Assembly (NCBI GenBank): GCA_965222075.1
Contig: OZ244937.1
Coordinates: 3,648,001 to 3,712,000, forward strand
Source of the DNA: Candidatus Latescibacterota bacterium
GTDB lineage: Bacteria > Latescibacterota > UBA2968 > GCA-2709665
Length of the DNA: 64,000 nt
Direction: 5' to 3'
This document shows, piece by piece, positions 8,972 to 20,581 of this stretch (position 1 is its first letter; every line of letters begins with the position of its first letter). The notes under the pieces are model-generated. The model ran no database searches. It was not told the origin of the DNA and saw nothing but the letters and a program-made list of their open reading frames with translations. The position numbers were made by a program, and so were the translations under genes.

Positions 8972-10696
8972 CTACTGTCCCCCGACGCCTGCTTGTACAT
9001 ACCCCACCAGTTCCCCCACCTCCACATCCACCCGCTCCTCCTTCTCTCGCCACTTCACTTCCACCACCCCCTTCTCCAACCCCCGCGCCCCAACCGTCAC
9101 CCGAATCGGAATTCCGATCAGATCCGCATCGTTGAACTTCACCCCCGCCCGCTCGTCCCGGTCGTCTAACAGCACCTCCACGCCGGCCGCCTCCAGCTCT
9201 CGATAGATCTTCTCGGCCGCCTCCAACTCCCCCTTCGGCGCCTTCCCGCTCAGCACCAGGATATGGACCTGAAATGGCGCCACCGACATCGGCCAGACGA
9301 TCCCCTGCTCGTCGTGGCACTCCTCGATCACACACGCCAGCAGGCGCCCCGTGCCGATACCGTAAGACCCCATCACCAGCGGCCGGGGCCGGCCCGCCTC
9401 GTCTAAAACCGTCGCCCCCAGCCCCTCGCTGTACTTCGTCCCCAGCTTGAAAATATTCCCCACCTCAATCCCCCGCACGCTCCCAAGCGGCGCGCCGCAT
9501 GCGGCGCAGGGCATCCCATCCTCCACCGCCACCAGATCGGCCACCACATCCGGTTCGAAATCCCGCCCCGCGTTCACATTTAAATAGTGATAATCCTCCT
9601 TATTGGCCCCCGACACCAGGTTGTTCGACCCCGATACCCAATCGTCCACCACCAGCAGCACCCCCTCATTCACCCCGATCGGCGATCCGTACCCCGGTTC
9701 CGCTCCGATCGCCCGGATCTCCTCCTCCGTGGCCGGGCGCATCTCGACTGCCTTTACCGCGTTGGCCAGCTTCGTCTCGTTCAACTCATGGTCGCCCCGC
9801 AACAGGGCAAAGATAAACCGCTCTTCCCCCTCGACCCTCCCCACCATAAACACCGCTTTCGCCGTCCGGCGCTCGGGAATCTTCAAAAACGCGGCCAGAT
9901 CCGCAATCGTCGCACACCCGGGCGTCTCCACCTCCTCCAGCGGCATCGGATCGGCCCTCTCCGGATCGGCCTTTGCAAACCCCGCAACCTGCCGGTTGGC
10001 CCGGTAGTCGCAGTTGTCGCACAGCAGCAGCGTATCCTCGCCCGCCGGGTTCAGATACATAAACTCGTGCGCCCCCGTCCCGCCCATTATCCCCGTATCG
10101 CTCTCCACCACAATCACCGACTCCCCCAGCCCCACACGGGCGAAGATATTCTCATACGCTCGGTACATATTGTTGTACGTCTCATCCAGGCTGGCCTCGT
10201 CTAAGTGAAAACTGTACGCGTCCTTCATGGTAAACTCCCGCACCCGGACCAATCCCCCCCGGCTGCGCGGTTCGTCTCTGAACTTCGTCTGAATCTGAAA
10301 AACGCTCAGCGGCACCTGCCGGTAGCTCTGAATCAAATGCCGCACCAGATCGGTCACCACCTCCTCATGCGTCATGGCCAGACACATCTCCCGCTCCGCC
10401 CGGTCGGCCATCCGAAGCATCTCCGGCCCGATCTCATCCCACCGCCCGCTCTCCTGCCAGAGCTCTGCAGGCTGTACGATCGGCATCAGCAGCTCCGTGC
10501 ACCCGATCGCCGCCATCTCCTCCCGAAAAATCGCCTCAATCTTCTGCTTCACCCGCAGCCCCAGCGGCAGATAACTGAAAATTCCCGCCGCCAGCGGCCG
10601 GATCAACCCCGCCCGAAGCGCAAGCCGGTGGCTGACCAGCTCCGCATCGGCGGGCAGCTCGCGAAGCGTCTGCGTAAACAATTGAGAATAGCGCAT
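8972..10696 (-). CDS. proS: Proline--tRNA ligase (bacterial type with editing domain)
   Basis: TKFRDEPR, REFTMKDAYSF, GIEVGNIFKLG, MGSYGIG and GVKFNDADLIGIP motifs. Confidence 0.97.
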   Translation of the reverse strand: MRYSQLFTQTLRELPADAELVSHRLALRAGLIRPLAAGIFSYLPLGLRVKQKIEAIFREEMAAIGCTELLMPIVQPAELWQESGRWDEIGPEMLRMADRAEREMCLAMTHEEVVTDLVRHLIQSYRQVPLSVFQIQTKFRDEPRSRGGLVRVREFTMKDAYSFHLDEASLDETYNNMYRAYENIFARVGLGESVIVVESDTGIMGGTGAHEFMYLNPAGEDTLLLCDNCDYRANRQVAGFAKADPERADPMPLEEVETPGCATIADLAAFLKIPERRTAKAVFMVGRVEGEERFIFALLRGDHELNETKLANAVKAVEMRPATEEEIRAIGAEPGYGSPIGVNEGVLLVVDDWVSGSNNLVSGANKEDYHYLNVNAGRDFEPDVVADLVAVEDGMPCAACGAPLGSVRGIEVGNIFKLGTKYSEGLGATVLDEAGRPRPLVMGSYGIGTGRLLACVIEECHDEQGIVWPMSVAPFQVHILVLSGKAPKGELEAAEKIYRELEAAGVEVLLDDRDERAGVKFNDADLIGIPIRVTVGARGLEKGVVEVKWREKEERVDVEVGELVGYVQAGVGGQ

Positions 10697-10759
10697 CCCA
10701 TTCTCCTTCTCACGGCAAGATGAGTTCCACCCTTCCCGGCTGTAAGGTGTGAGCTGAAC

Positions 10760-11518
10760 TCAGCCCTCCCCAAAATCAAAAATCGTCAGCCCGGTCTTAC
10801 CCAGAATCCACTCCAGATCCTCCTCCGAAAGAAAATCCCAGCTTTGGGGCAACGCCAGCGCCATCTCACACGTCTCACTATTCGAAACCGGGGGGAAATC
10901 GCTGCCCCACATAATCCGGTCCGGCCCGAAGCGCTCCAGGGCCTGCTTCACAAATGGAATCACCTCGTTGTAGGGATACCCCTTGCCGAAGGCGTAGAAA
11001 CCGGAGAGCATGAAAACGACGTTTGGATAGTCCGCATACCCCAACACCCGTTCGTACTCCGGATAACCGGGCGGGCGGTCCACATCCGGAAACCAGCCCA
11101 TGTGCTCAATCCGAAACCGGGCGTTTGGGAACCGCCGGATGTAGTCCTCGATTCGCGGTTCAATCATGTGCTGCATTCCCCCGCTCAGACTGGCCATAAT
11201 CCCCAGTTCCCCCACAATATCCCACACCGCCTCATTGTCCACAGCAGCCGGAATGCGCAGGCCGGCCAGGTTGTGCTCTACAACCTCCCGCCGGATCTGC
11301 TCGGCCGCGTCCGGCGCCTTATAGTCCACGGCCCCCAGCGCCGCAAACCGGCCGGGAAACCGGTCCATGCAATCCTTCAAATAGGCATTGTTATAACATC
11401 CCCCGTACTGCACCAGCAGCGCCTTGTCGATCCCCGCAGCCTCCATCTGCGCCACCAGCACCTCCACCACCACATACTTCGTCAGCCCCACGTGAACATG
11501 CCCATCAACAATGGCCAT
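10760..11518 (-). CDS. Amidohydrolase (amidohydro_2) family protein
   Basis: VDGHVH, IEHMG and RIMWGSDFP motifs. Confidence 0.85.
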   Translation of the reverse strand: MAIVDGHVHVGLTKYVVVEVLVAQMEAAGIDKALLVQYGGCYNNAYLKDCMDRFPGRFAALGAVDYKAPDAAEQIRREVVEHNLAGLRIPAAVDNEAVWDIVGELGIMASLSGGMQHMIEPRIEDYIRRFPNARFRIEHMGWFPDVDRPPGYPEYERVLGYADYPNVVFMLSGFYAFGKGYPYNEVIPFVKQALERFGPDRIMWGSDFPPVSNSETCEMALALPQSWDFLSEEDLEWILGKTGLTIFDFGEG

Positions 11519-11558
11519 AGCCCCTCCCTCTCATTTGGGATTGTGGATTTAACCTTTT

Positions 11559-13013
11559 TCACTCCGCATTCCGCATCGGCACCTCCAACGCCGACGGATG
11601 CGCGTTGTCGTGGTAAAGCCGTGCACAAAACGGCTCGAAATACGGAAACGCATACGTCGTATTGTAATTGCTTACCCCCAGCCGCAGCCGGTGCCCCACC
11701 TCCATGCGGTACCCGATCGTGCGCATCTCGATCTCTACCGTCACATGCCGCCCCGGCTCGGCCGTACGCGTCCCGAAGTGCCCCCGCGTAATCAGCGCCT
11801 CCGACCCGTCGGGGCCCACGTCGAACAGCTCCGCGTGAACCTGAAAAAAGGGCCGGTTGGGCAGCATGTAAAACCGCGCCCCCGGTGCCCCCAGAATCTC
11901 GGCCGGCGCCGCAAGCAGATCCCCCTCAAACACCGCCACCTCCACGGCCAGCGCCTTCGGCGTCCCTTCCATATTGTCCGCAATCGCCGACCGGAGCGTA
12001 TAGTCGGTGTCCAGAGGCACGTTATTCACATTCGCATGCGTGTCCGGCTGCTCCGGCGCATCCTCCGCCAGCGCGCCCCCGGTCCTCAGATAAAACGTGC
12101 GAGTTTCCACCTCCTCCGGTGGGAGCGCGTCCACCCCCCCGTGCTCCCACCCCGGCCGCTGTGTGTACACAATCGCAGGCCCCTTCATAATCCCATTCTC
12201 CTCTCCCTTCAGCCAGTGGTCCAGCCACTGGTCGATCAACTCTTGCCGCACCTGCTGAGCCTCCGGATCGTCCTGCCCGTCGTGTCCCCCTCCGCCCAGA
12301 TAGAGCTTCTTGGGCACATCCAGCCGGTTGAACATTTTCAGCACCTCGTTCGGCGGCATCCCCACATCGTGCCACCCGTGCAGGACAAATACCGGACAGC
12401 GGATCCGGTCCACAAACAGCAGCGGCGACCGGGGCCGCACCCACTCCCGGATCAGGTCCCAGTCCCCCGAAAGCGCCCACTGCCGCATCAGCTCCTGGAA
12501 CCCCGCCGTCGCAACCCGCCGTCGCATCGTCCGCGTGAAAAACCACTTCGTCAGGCACCCGTTGTGTACCGCAAACTCGGCGTAATCCGTAAAAATATTC
12601 TGCGGCACAACCGTCGCCACTCCGGGATGGTGTATCGCAGCCATGTGCGAACACCACCCTCCCTGCGAACTCCCCACCACCCCCAGCCGCTCCGGATGCA
12701 CCGGCTGCTCGGAAAACATCCAGTCGATCATCTCCTGAAGGTCAAAAATCTCCCGCGCCCCCATATGGAACGACAGTCCCTCCGACCCCCCCTGCCCCCG
12801 CACGCTGTAGCACACCGCCAGGTACCCCCGCTCCGCCAGCCGCCGCCCCTGCCCCAGCGTCGACGCTTTGCTCCCCGCATCCCCGTGCCCGTGCGCCAGC
12901 AGCACCCCCGGCCATCCCCCTTCCGGCACCTCCCCCTTCGGCGTACACACCGACACATCCAGCCGCACCCCGTCGTTCATCCCCACCCGGCACTCCCGCT
13001 CAACAAATGCCAT
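11559..13013 (-). CDS. CocE/NonD-family alpha/beta hydrolase
   Basis: SVRGQGGSEG, GSSQGG nucleophile elbow, HGWHD, and a C-terminal PepX-like jelly-roll domain. Confidence 0.85.
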   Translation of the reverse strand: MAFVERECRVGMNDGVRLDVSVCTPKGEVPEGGWPGVLLAHGHGDAGSKASTLGQGRRLAERGYLAVCYSVRGQGGSEGLSFHMGAREIFDLQEMIDWMFSEQPVHPERLGVVGSSQGGWCSHMAAIHHPGVATVVPQNIFTDYAEFAVHNGCLTKWFFTRTMRRRVATAGFQELMRQWALSGDWDLIREWVRPRSPLLFVDRIRCPVFVLHGWHDVGMPPNEVLKMFNRLDVPKKLYLGGGGHDGQDDPEAQQVRQELIDQWLDHWLKGEENGIMKGPAIVYTQRPGWEHGGVDALPPEEVETRTFYLRTGGALAEDAPEQPDTHANVNNVPLDTDYTLRSAIADNMEGTPKALAVEVAVFEGDLLAAPAEILGAPGARFYMLPNRPFFQVHAELFDVGPDGSEALITRGHFGTRTAEPGRHVTVEIEMRTIGYRMEVGHRLRLGVSNYNTTYAFPYFEPFCARLYHDNAHPSALEVPMRNAE

Positions 13014-13101
13014 CCAATCCCCCTGAAAATAAGTGTCAATCTACGATACCCTAAAAGTACGACGCAAACTCGCACCAGTGCCCGCTCACTTCACCCACTT
13101 T

Positions 13102-13926
13102 TTACTTCCCAATCTCCACCACCATCCCATCCTCCCCCACCATCACCTCCCCCTCATACCCACCCCTGATCTCCTCCGCCATCCGATACGCCGCCGTCCG
13201 GTCGCCCGTAACATCCTCCATCACCAAATGCTTGATCACCACCCGCTTCACCTCCGCCTCCGTCGCAATCCGCGCGATATCCGCCGGCGTAATATGCCAG
13301 TGCCCCCAGGGCTGCTGCGCCAGAAACTCCGGCGTCCCCGAACACTCGATCGCCAGCAGGTCCGCCCCCCGGCAGAACGCAACAAACCCCTCGTCCGGCG
13401 TCCCATCCCCTGTAATCACTACCCGATGCTCCCCGGCATCTACCCGGTAAACCAGCGTCGGAATCCCTCCGTGGTCCGTAAACGCCGCCGCCACCCGGTA
13501 CCCCTCCACCGCCAGAAACTCCCCCTCCCGATCCACCTGGACCACCTCCGGGTCCAGCGCAGAGACATCCTTCCCGTGCTCCACCCGGCTTTGAATATCC
13601 TGTTCAAACGGCGGCCGGATAATCCGCGTCACAAAATCCACCGTGCCCACCGGACCGAAGATCCGCAACTTCCCCCCTCGCCCCTTCACCCAGCCCACAA
13701 ACACCATATAGGGCACATCCACAATATGGTCAAAATGCAAATGCGTCAAAAATAGCGTATCCACCGTCTCACACCCCACCCCGGCCCGCGCTAAGTTCGT
13801 ACTCGCCGACCGACCGCAGTCGAACATCAGCACCCGATCCCTCACATGCAGAATCTGCGCCGGCCCTCCCCGGTTCGGATTGTCCCGAACCGCCCCGCTG
13901 CCCAGCATCACAAAACGCAACCCCAT
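13102..13926 (-). CDS. MBL-fold metallo-hydrolase (RNase Z/AtsA-like)
   Basis: LGSG, FDCG, THLHFDHI and TGD motifs; start taken at MGLRF. Confidence 0.85.
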   Translation of the reverse strand: MGLRFVMLGSGAVRDNPNRGGPAQILHVRDRVLMFDCGRSASTNLARAGVGCETVDTLFLTHLHFDHIVDVPYMVFVGWVKGRGGKLRIFGPVGTVDFVTRIIRPPFEQDIQSRVEHGKDVSALDPEVVQVDREGEFLAVEGYRVAAAFTDHGGIPTLVYRVDAGEHRVVITGDGTPDEGFVAFCRGADLLAIECSGTPEFLAQQPWGHWHITPADIARIATEAEVKRVVIKHLVMEDVTGDRTAAYRMAEEIRGGYEGEVMVGEDGMVVEIGK

Positions 13927-14207
13927 CAGCCTCCTTTCACCGTCTGTCGTCAAAAAATTTCCCCTGACTCCAGAATTCCGGAGGGAAAGGCCGTTTGGGC
14001 TCCGTGCCCCTCCGTGATGCCAATATACCACCTTCACTCCACCCTGTCAACGCGGGATACCTCCGGATCTCCAAAACCCAACCGCCCAAAGACGACAGGC
14101 TGATGGACGCATACCGGGTCTCCCCACTTCTGGCTTGACTTCCACGATCAAGCGCCTTTATTTATCGTATAAATATAACAGTGATCCTAACCCCAGAGGC
14201 CACAGCT

Positions 14208-16541
14208 ATGAAGTACTCCCTTAGAGGTGCGATCCTCCTTTTTTCCTTTTTCCTTTTTCCTTTTTCCTTCTCTTCCCTCTCCTGGGCGCAAACCGGCCGT
14301 ATCACCGGTCAGGTCACCGCACAGGACACCGGCGTCCCCCTCCTCGGCGCCAACGTCGAAGTCCTCGGTCCCAACCTCGTCCGGAAGATGGGAGCGATCA
14401 CCGGCGCCGATGGCCGCTACACGGTCGAAAATGTGCCCGCAGGCACATACACTGTAAAAGCGACCTTTGTGGGGTACTTAGACGCGGCAGTGACAGACAT
14501 CGTGGTCGACGACTCGGTTGAGGTCCACATTGGGATGCTGGCGTCCCCTTACGAGCTGGAAAAGATCGTGGTGTCGGCAAGCCGCCGCGCAGAGAACATC
14601 CTGGACGCCCCGGCCACGATCTCCAAGGTCGGTTGGAAGGAAACCCAAAGAAACACCATTGGAAGCGCTTACCTGAGCGACCTTAAATATGTAAAAGGCA
14701 TCGACTATCAGCAAATCGGCATCTTTCAGGAGCGATACAACACCAGGGGGTACAACTCCGCGTTTAACGTCCGCATGCTCCTCTTAACGGACGGACGTGT
14801 CACCAGAACCTTTGGAGGCAATCCCCTCTACGGCCCGACCATCACCCGGGACGACCTCCAGGCGATGGAAGTCATCGTCGGACCGGGCTCGGCGCTCTAC
14901 GGTCCGGATGCTATATCGGGTGTCATCAGCCTGATGTCAAAAGATCCGCGAGACTTTCAGGGCACCAGCCTCGCCGTTGCCGGCGGCTCTCGAAACCTCT
15001 TTAAAGGACGGTTTCGCCATGCGGAACAGACCGGCAAATGGGGCTGGAAGGTCTCGGGCGAATACCAGAGAGGCCGCGATTTTGAACGGATCACGACATT
15101 CTACAATGCGGACAGCACCGCCTCCGTGACCGGCGATCCGGATTTTGACTCCAACTTTTTAACCGGCGGGTTAGGCCTGTTTTATTACCCGGACCGTCAA
15201 TCTAAGTTCGGGTTTACAGCAGGGGTGACCCGCATGAATCAGATCTTCTTCAACCCCGCGGGCCGCAACCAGACCAAAAATTATGTCTACCACTACCAGC
15301 AGGTAACCTGCACAACGCCGAATCTCTATCTGAATATCTACCGCACGGGAGACACATCGGGCGACTCATTTGGCTTAGACAGGAAAGCGACCTTTCGTCT
15401 GGCCGGTCTACCTGCAGAAGAAGCGGAAGAACGGGCAAGAGATGGGAGTGACGGTTCCTTCTGGGAGGGAGAAGCCCGGTACACCTTCCACTTTCCACAC
15501 CTGAAAAACACCTACTTCACACTGGGATCGAACCTCCGCCACGAGCGCACGGCCGGAAACATTTTTGCCGGAGGGAAAGCAGCGTCGCATCTCGTCGGCT
15601 TCTACGGGCACACAAAGACCGACCTGAACGGGAAACTCAGGGCTGTTTTGGCCGCTCGCATCGACCTACATGAAATCTACGACACACAATTCAGCCCCAA
15701 GGCAGCGCTGATCTTTAAACCGGAACCCGGAATCGCCTTCCGGTTCACCTTCAACCGGGCCTTTAAAAGCCCGACCCTCTTAGAACAGAAGGCCGAGCTC
15801 CCACTCGGCCAGTTCCTGGTCGCCCGCGGCAACAGCAAGGGCTTCCGCTTCGGGAGCCCGACAGGAAACCCGCTGTCGCCCCAATATGCGGCCGGCATCC
15901 CCAAATTGAAGCCCGAGGAAAACACCACATTCGAATTTGGATTCAAAAGCATCCTGGCCAATCGGGTGTTCTTGGACCTCACCGGCTACAGGAGCCGGTA
16001 CAAAGACTTCATCAGCGACGTCCTGCCGGTTGGTGACTTGCGAAGCGGCATTGTCACCTTAGACGAAAACGGAAATCCCAGGGCCGGGGAGCAGACCCTT
16101 TCTCTCATCAACTTCGGGAAACAGACGGTTCTGGGGGTCGATGTGGGGGTGAATGTGTACGCCACAGATCGCCTTCTCCTCAAGGGCAACGCCTCCTTTA
16201 TCAAAACCGACGACCTGGAGGACGCACAGGGTCTGAATGTGCCCTTCAACACCCCGGAGGCCATCCTCAACATCGGTCTTTCGACGAGCGACTTTGTAAC
16301 AAGAGGGACGTCTCTGGACCTCTCACTCCGTCACATCGTCGAACATGACTTCCGTTCGGGCCCCCATGCAGGCACCCTCCCGGCCTATACGGTCGTGGAC
16401 ATAAACGTCGGCTACCAGACGCAGGTTGGGGTTGCCTACAGGGTTTCGGCCCACAACATTCTGAACAACAGGCACAGGGAATTCGTGACCGGACCCGAAA
16501 TCGGAAGGATCGTGGTGGGAGAGGTAGCGTATGGGTTCTAA
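14208..16541 (+). CDS. TonB-dependent outer-membrane receptor with N-terminal carboxypeptidase-regulatory-like domain
   Basis: Signal peptide, GRITGQVT...GANV, IVVSASRRAE, GPGSALYG plug motif and C-terminal YGF. Confidence 0.92.
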   Translation: MKYSLRGAILLFSFFLFPFSFSSLSWAQTGRITGQVTAQDTGVPLLGANVEVLGPNLVRKMGAITGADGRYTVENVPAGTYTVKATFVGYLDAAVTDIVVDDSVEVHIGMLASPYELEKIVVSASRRAENILDAPATISKVGWKETQRNTIGSAYLSDLKYVKGIDYQQIGIFQERYNTRGYNSAFNVRMLLLTDGRVTRTFGGNPLYGPTITRDDLQAMEVIVGPGSALYGPDAISGVISLMSKDPRDFQGTSLAVAGGSRNLFKGRFRHAEQTGKWGWKVSGEYQRGRDFERITTFYNADSTASVTGDPDFDSNFLTGGLGLFYYPDRQSKFGFTAGVTRMNQIFFNPAGRNQTKNYVYHYQQVTCTTPNLYLNIYRTGDTSGDSFGLDRKATFRLAGLPAEEAEERARDGSDGSFWEGEARYTFHFPHLKNTYFTLGSNLRHERTAGNIFAGGKAASHLVGFYGHTKTDLNGKLRAVLAARIDLHEIYDTQFSPKAALIFKPEPGIAFRFTFNRAFKSPTLLEQKAELPLGQFLVARGNSKGFRFGSPTGNPLSPQYAAGIPKLKPEENTTFEFGFKSILANRVFLDLTGYRSRYKDFISDVLPVGDLRSGIVTLDENGNPRAGEQTLSLINFGKQTVLGVDVGVNVYATDRLLLKGNASFIKTDDLEDAQGLNVPFNTPEAILNIGLSTSDFVTRGTSLDLSLRHIVEHDFRSGPHAGTLPAYTVVDINVGYQTQVGVAYRVSAHNILNNRHREFVTGPEIGRIVVGEVAYGF
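14240..14267 (+). repeat. (TTTTTCC)4 tandem heptamer in the signal-peptide coding region
   Basis: Four exact TTTTTCC units read directly from the sequence. Confidence 0.85.
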
Positions 16542-16584
16542 AAAAAACAGCGACCCGGAATGCATTTCGGATCGCTGTTTTTTT
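16540..16584. terminator. Bidirectional intrinsic terminator between the TonB receptor gene and thiC
   Basis: A8-CAGCGACCCGGAATGCATTTCGGATCGCTG-T7. Confidence 0.85.
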
Positions 16585-16602
16585 ATTCGTATTATCCTCT
16601 GT

Positions 16603-18354
<1,752 letters not shown>

Positions 18355-18389
18355 TTATGTCTGGTGATTTGGATCTGATATGCAACACT

Positions 18390-18421
18390 AAAAAAAAGCC
18401 GCTTTCCGTAGGAAGACGGCC
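18390..18421 (-). terminator. Riboswitch-controlled intrinsic terminator in the thiC leader
   Basis: GCCGUCUUCC-UAC-GGAAAGCGGC-U8; its 5' arm is complementary to the aptamer 3' end CGUAGGAAAGCGG. Confidence 0.8.
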
Positions 18422-18460
18422 TTGAGACACGGTGAACACGTGTTGCAAGATCGTGAAATC

Positions 18461-18530
18461 CGCTTTCCTACGCTGGCATTACCCAGATCAGGTTCACAGG
18501 GTGTGATCTCAGCCGTTTGGCACCCCTTGC
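18461..18530 (-). promoter_or_regulatory. TPP riboswitch
   Basis: GGGGUGC...GGCUGAGA...ACCC..UGAACCUGAUCUGGGUAAUGCCAGCGUAGGAA upstream of thiC; promoter TTGACG-17-TATTTT at 18573-18545. Confidence 0.95.
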
Positions 18531-18696
18531 GGATCTACACAAATAAAATAAGCAAAAAAGAACGATCCGTCAAGGGGGGAATTTCAGATATGTTTTATAA
18601 CTCTTTATCATTTGCTTTCGCTATTTTAACGGGGCGGTGGTCAGACGTTTCCGAAAAACTGAATTCGCCAAAAGTATAGCTGATGCTTTATCCTCT

Positions 18697-19581
18697 TCAT
18701 GTGTGGAGATGTGCACCCCTCTGGGCGCACATCCGCACATCAACTTCAAGCTGGGTGTCCCCGCCACCCTGGCGGACGCCGCGGGTTGGAGAGACGTCCT
18801 GGTAGTCGCGCCCCACCGCGATGCGCACGTGTCGCTCGTCGGCGAAGCTCCGGTTGGTCGGGTCGAAGCCGACCCAGCCGAGTTCCGGCAGCAGGCACTC
18901 GACCCATGCGTGGGTGGCATTTTCCCGCGCCTCCTCGCTGGATAGGCCGGTGTCGTGCAGGTAGCCCGACACATAGCGGGCAGGGATGCCCCAGGACCGG
19001 GCGATAGCGACCATGACGTGGACGTAGTCCTGACAGACTCCCCGGCCGGATTTGAGGATGTCCTCAATGGGGGATGCTGCCGAGGTGCTCCCCGGGGCGT
19101 AGTGGAAGCTACTGTGGAGCGTATTGGAAAGCCGTAACAGATCCTTGAGAGGATCGTCCTCGCGTTTGATGCCGTTTCGGTCAACGAAATTGGCAAGGGC
19201 GGGTGACGACTTGGTCAACTCACTCGGATGCGTGAAGTCCCAATGGGTGAAGGACGCCTTCCAGGAGTCGATCTCCTGCCAGGCACCTGCGCCGAGTCTG
19301 GATGGAAGCGGCGTAAAGGGCATCGGTTCGACCTTGGAGTGGACCGTTATCTCCAGGGCTTCGTGCTCCCGGTGGACGTTCAGAACATGTCGCGTGTTGC
19401 CGAAACAATCCGTTTCCCCGTTCAGGAAAGCCTGTGGTTTCGTTTCGATCTCGAAGCGAAAGAGCCGCTGACCCCTATCGTCGCGCGGCTTCAGGCAGAG
19501 CAACATCACGCACTGCCGCGCAGGCGACGCATAGCGATAGCGGGAGACGTGCTTGATTTCATACTGGATAATTTCGGCCAT
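18697..19581 (-). CDS. Transglutaminase-family protein (Bact_transglu_N plus catalytic core)
   Basis: GVCQDY, ARYVSGYL, HAWVE, GFDPTN and GRDYQDVSP motifs. Confidence 0.92.
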   Translation of the reverse strand: MAEIIQYEIKHVSRYRYASPARQCVMLLCLKPRDDRGQRLFRFEIETKPQAFLNGETDCFGNTRHVLNVHREHEALEITVHSKVEPMPFTPLPSRLGAGAWQEIDSWKASFTHWDFTHPSELTKSSPALANFVDRNGIKREDDPLKDLLRLSNTLHSSFHYAPGSTSAASPIEDILKSGRGVCQDYVHVMVAIARSWGIPARYVSGYLHDTGLSSEEARENATHAWVECLLPELGWVGFDPTNRSFADERHVRIAVGRDYQDVSPTRGVRQGGGDTQLEVDVRMCAQRGAHLHT

Positions 19582-19585
19582 AGCA

Positions 19586-20581
19586 TCAGCGTGCCGGGGA
19601 ATCCTCAATGGCGTAATCGATATAGGCAGCGGTCACGAGATCGTGAAGTTTCCGGCAATAATCCCTGACCTGCGCAAGGAGAGCCTCGTGGTCTTCTCGA
19701 TCCGGCCAATCATAATGGATCAGGGCGCACATACGGCTGGCCAGGCGGAGGGCCGCGGCGCTGGAATGTTCACCGGAGCCAGGACCAATAGCAGTGAGCT
19801 CCGCAACTGTCGCGTCGAGCGAGTAGCAAAGCGAGCCATGCAGCAGCGGGTCCGTCACGAGCATGTCCAACACCCGGCGCGGCTGGATATCAACGCTGTA
19901 GTTGCGGTTGTAGGCGTCAAACGCCTCGCAGACGCGCAACAGGTTTGCCCAGTTTGCGTCGAAGGATACGTCCGTTAGCTTGTCGGTGGCGAGTTGAGAC
20001 AGAAACAACACAGCCGAGCACTGGGCGCGTTCAATGAAACGCCCAAGCTGCAAGAAATGCCACCCTTCGTCGCGATACATGGTTGCCTCTGCCACGCCGG
20101 CAAAGGTGTTGATTTCACCTGCCGTTTCCGCGTAGAAACTCTCTGGGGAGGTCTTCCAGATTTCCTGAATGCTCAACTTCTGGAGCCGTAGATAGGCCAG
20201 GTTCAGACAGGTCCACATTTCAGCGCTGATGCAGTGACGCATCTGGCGGGCATTCTCACGGCCGAGGGAGAAACAACCCCAGACCGAATCGGGGTTCGAG
20301 CGCTCGAAAGTGAGATCATCGGCCAAAGTGTAGGAATCGGCCAGAGTATAGTCGTCGCTGCCGAGCAACTCGATACTGCCTCCAAGAGGCTGCCGGCTCA
20401 AGCTCATGTAGATTCGGCTCCAGCCGAAATAGATCTCCCGGATCGGCCGATCCACCAGAGCTTCCGCCTGCAATCGCAGCAGGCGGCAGAGATGCGCCGC
20501 CCGCTCCAGGTAACGGCCCATCCAATAGAGGCCCTGTGCGCTACGCGAAAGTAATCTCGGTCTTCCAGTAATCGTTTCCAT
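19586..20581 (-). CDS. Alpha-E domain protein (DUF403)
   Basis: LLSRSAQGLYWMGRYLERA, RENARQMR and LGRFIERA (duplicated ER motifs). Confidence 0.92.
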   Translation of the reverse strand: METITGRPRLLSRSAQGLYWMGRYLERAAHLCRLLRLQAEALVDRPIREIYFGWSRIYMSLSRQPLGGSIELLGSDDYTLADSYTLADDLTFERSNPDSVWGCFSLGRENARQMRHCISAEMWTCLNLAYLRLQKLSIQEIWKTSPESFYAETAGEINTFAGVAEATMYRDEGWHFLQLGRFIERAQCSAVLFLSQLATDKLTDVSFDANWANLLRVCEAFDAYNRNYSVDIQPRRVLDMLVTDPLLHGSLCYSLDATVAELTAIGPGSGEHSSAAALRLASRMCALIHYDWPDREDHEALLAQVRDYCRKLHDLVTAAYIDYAIEDSPAR

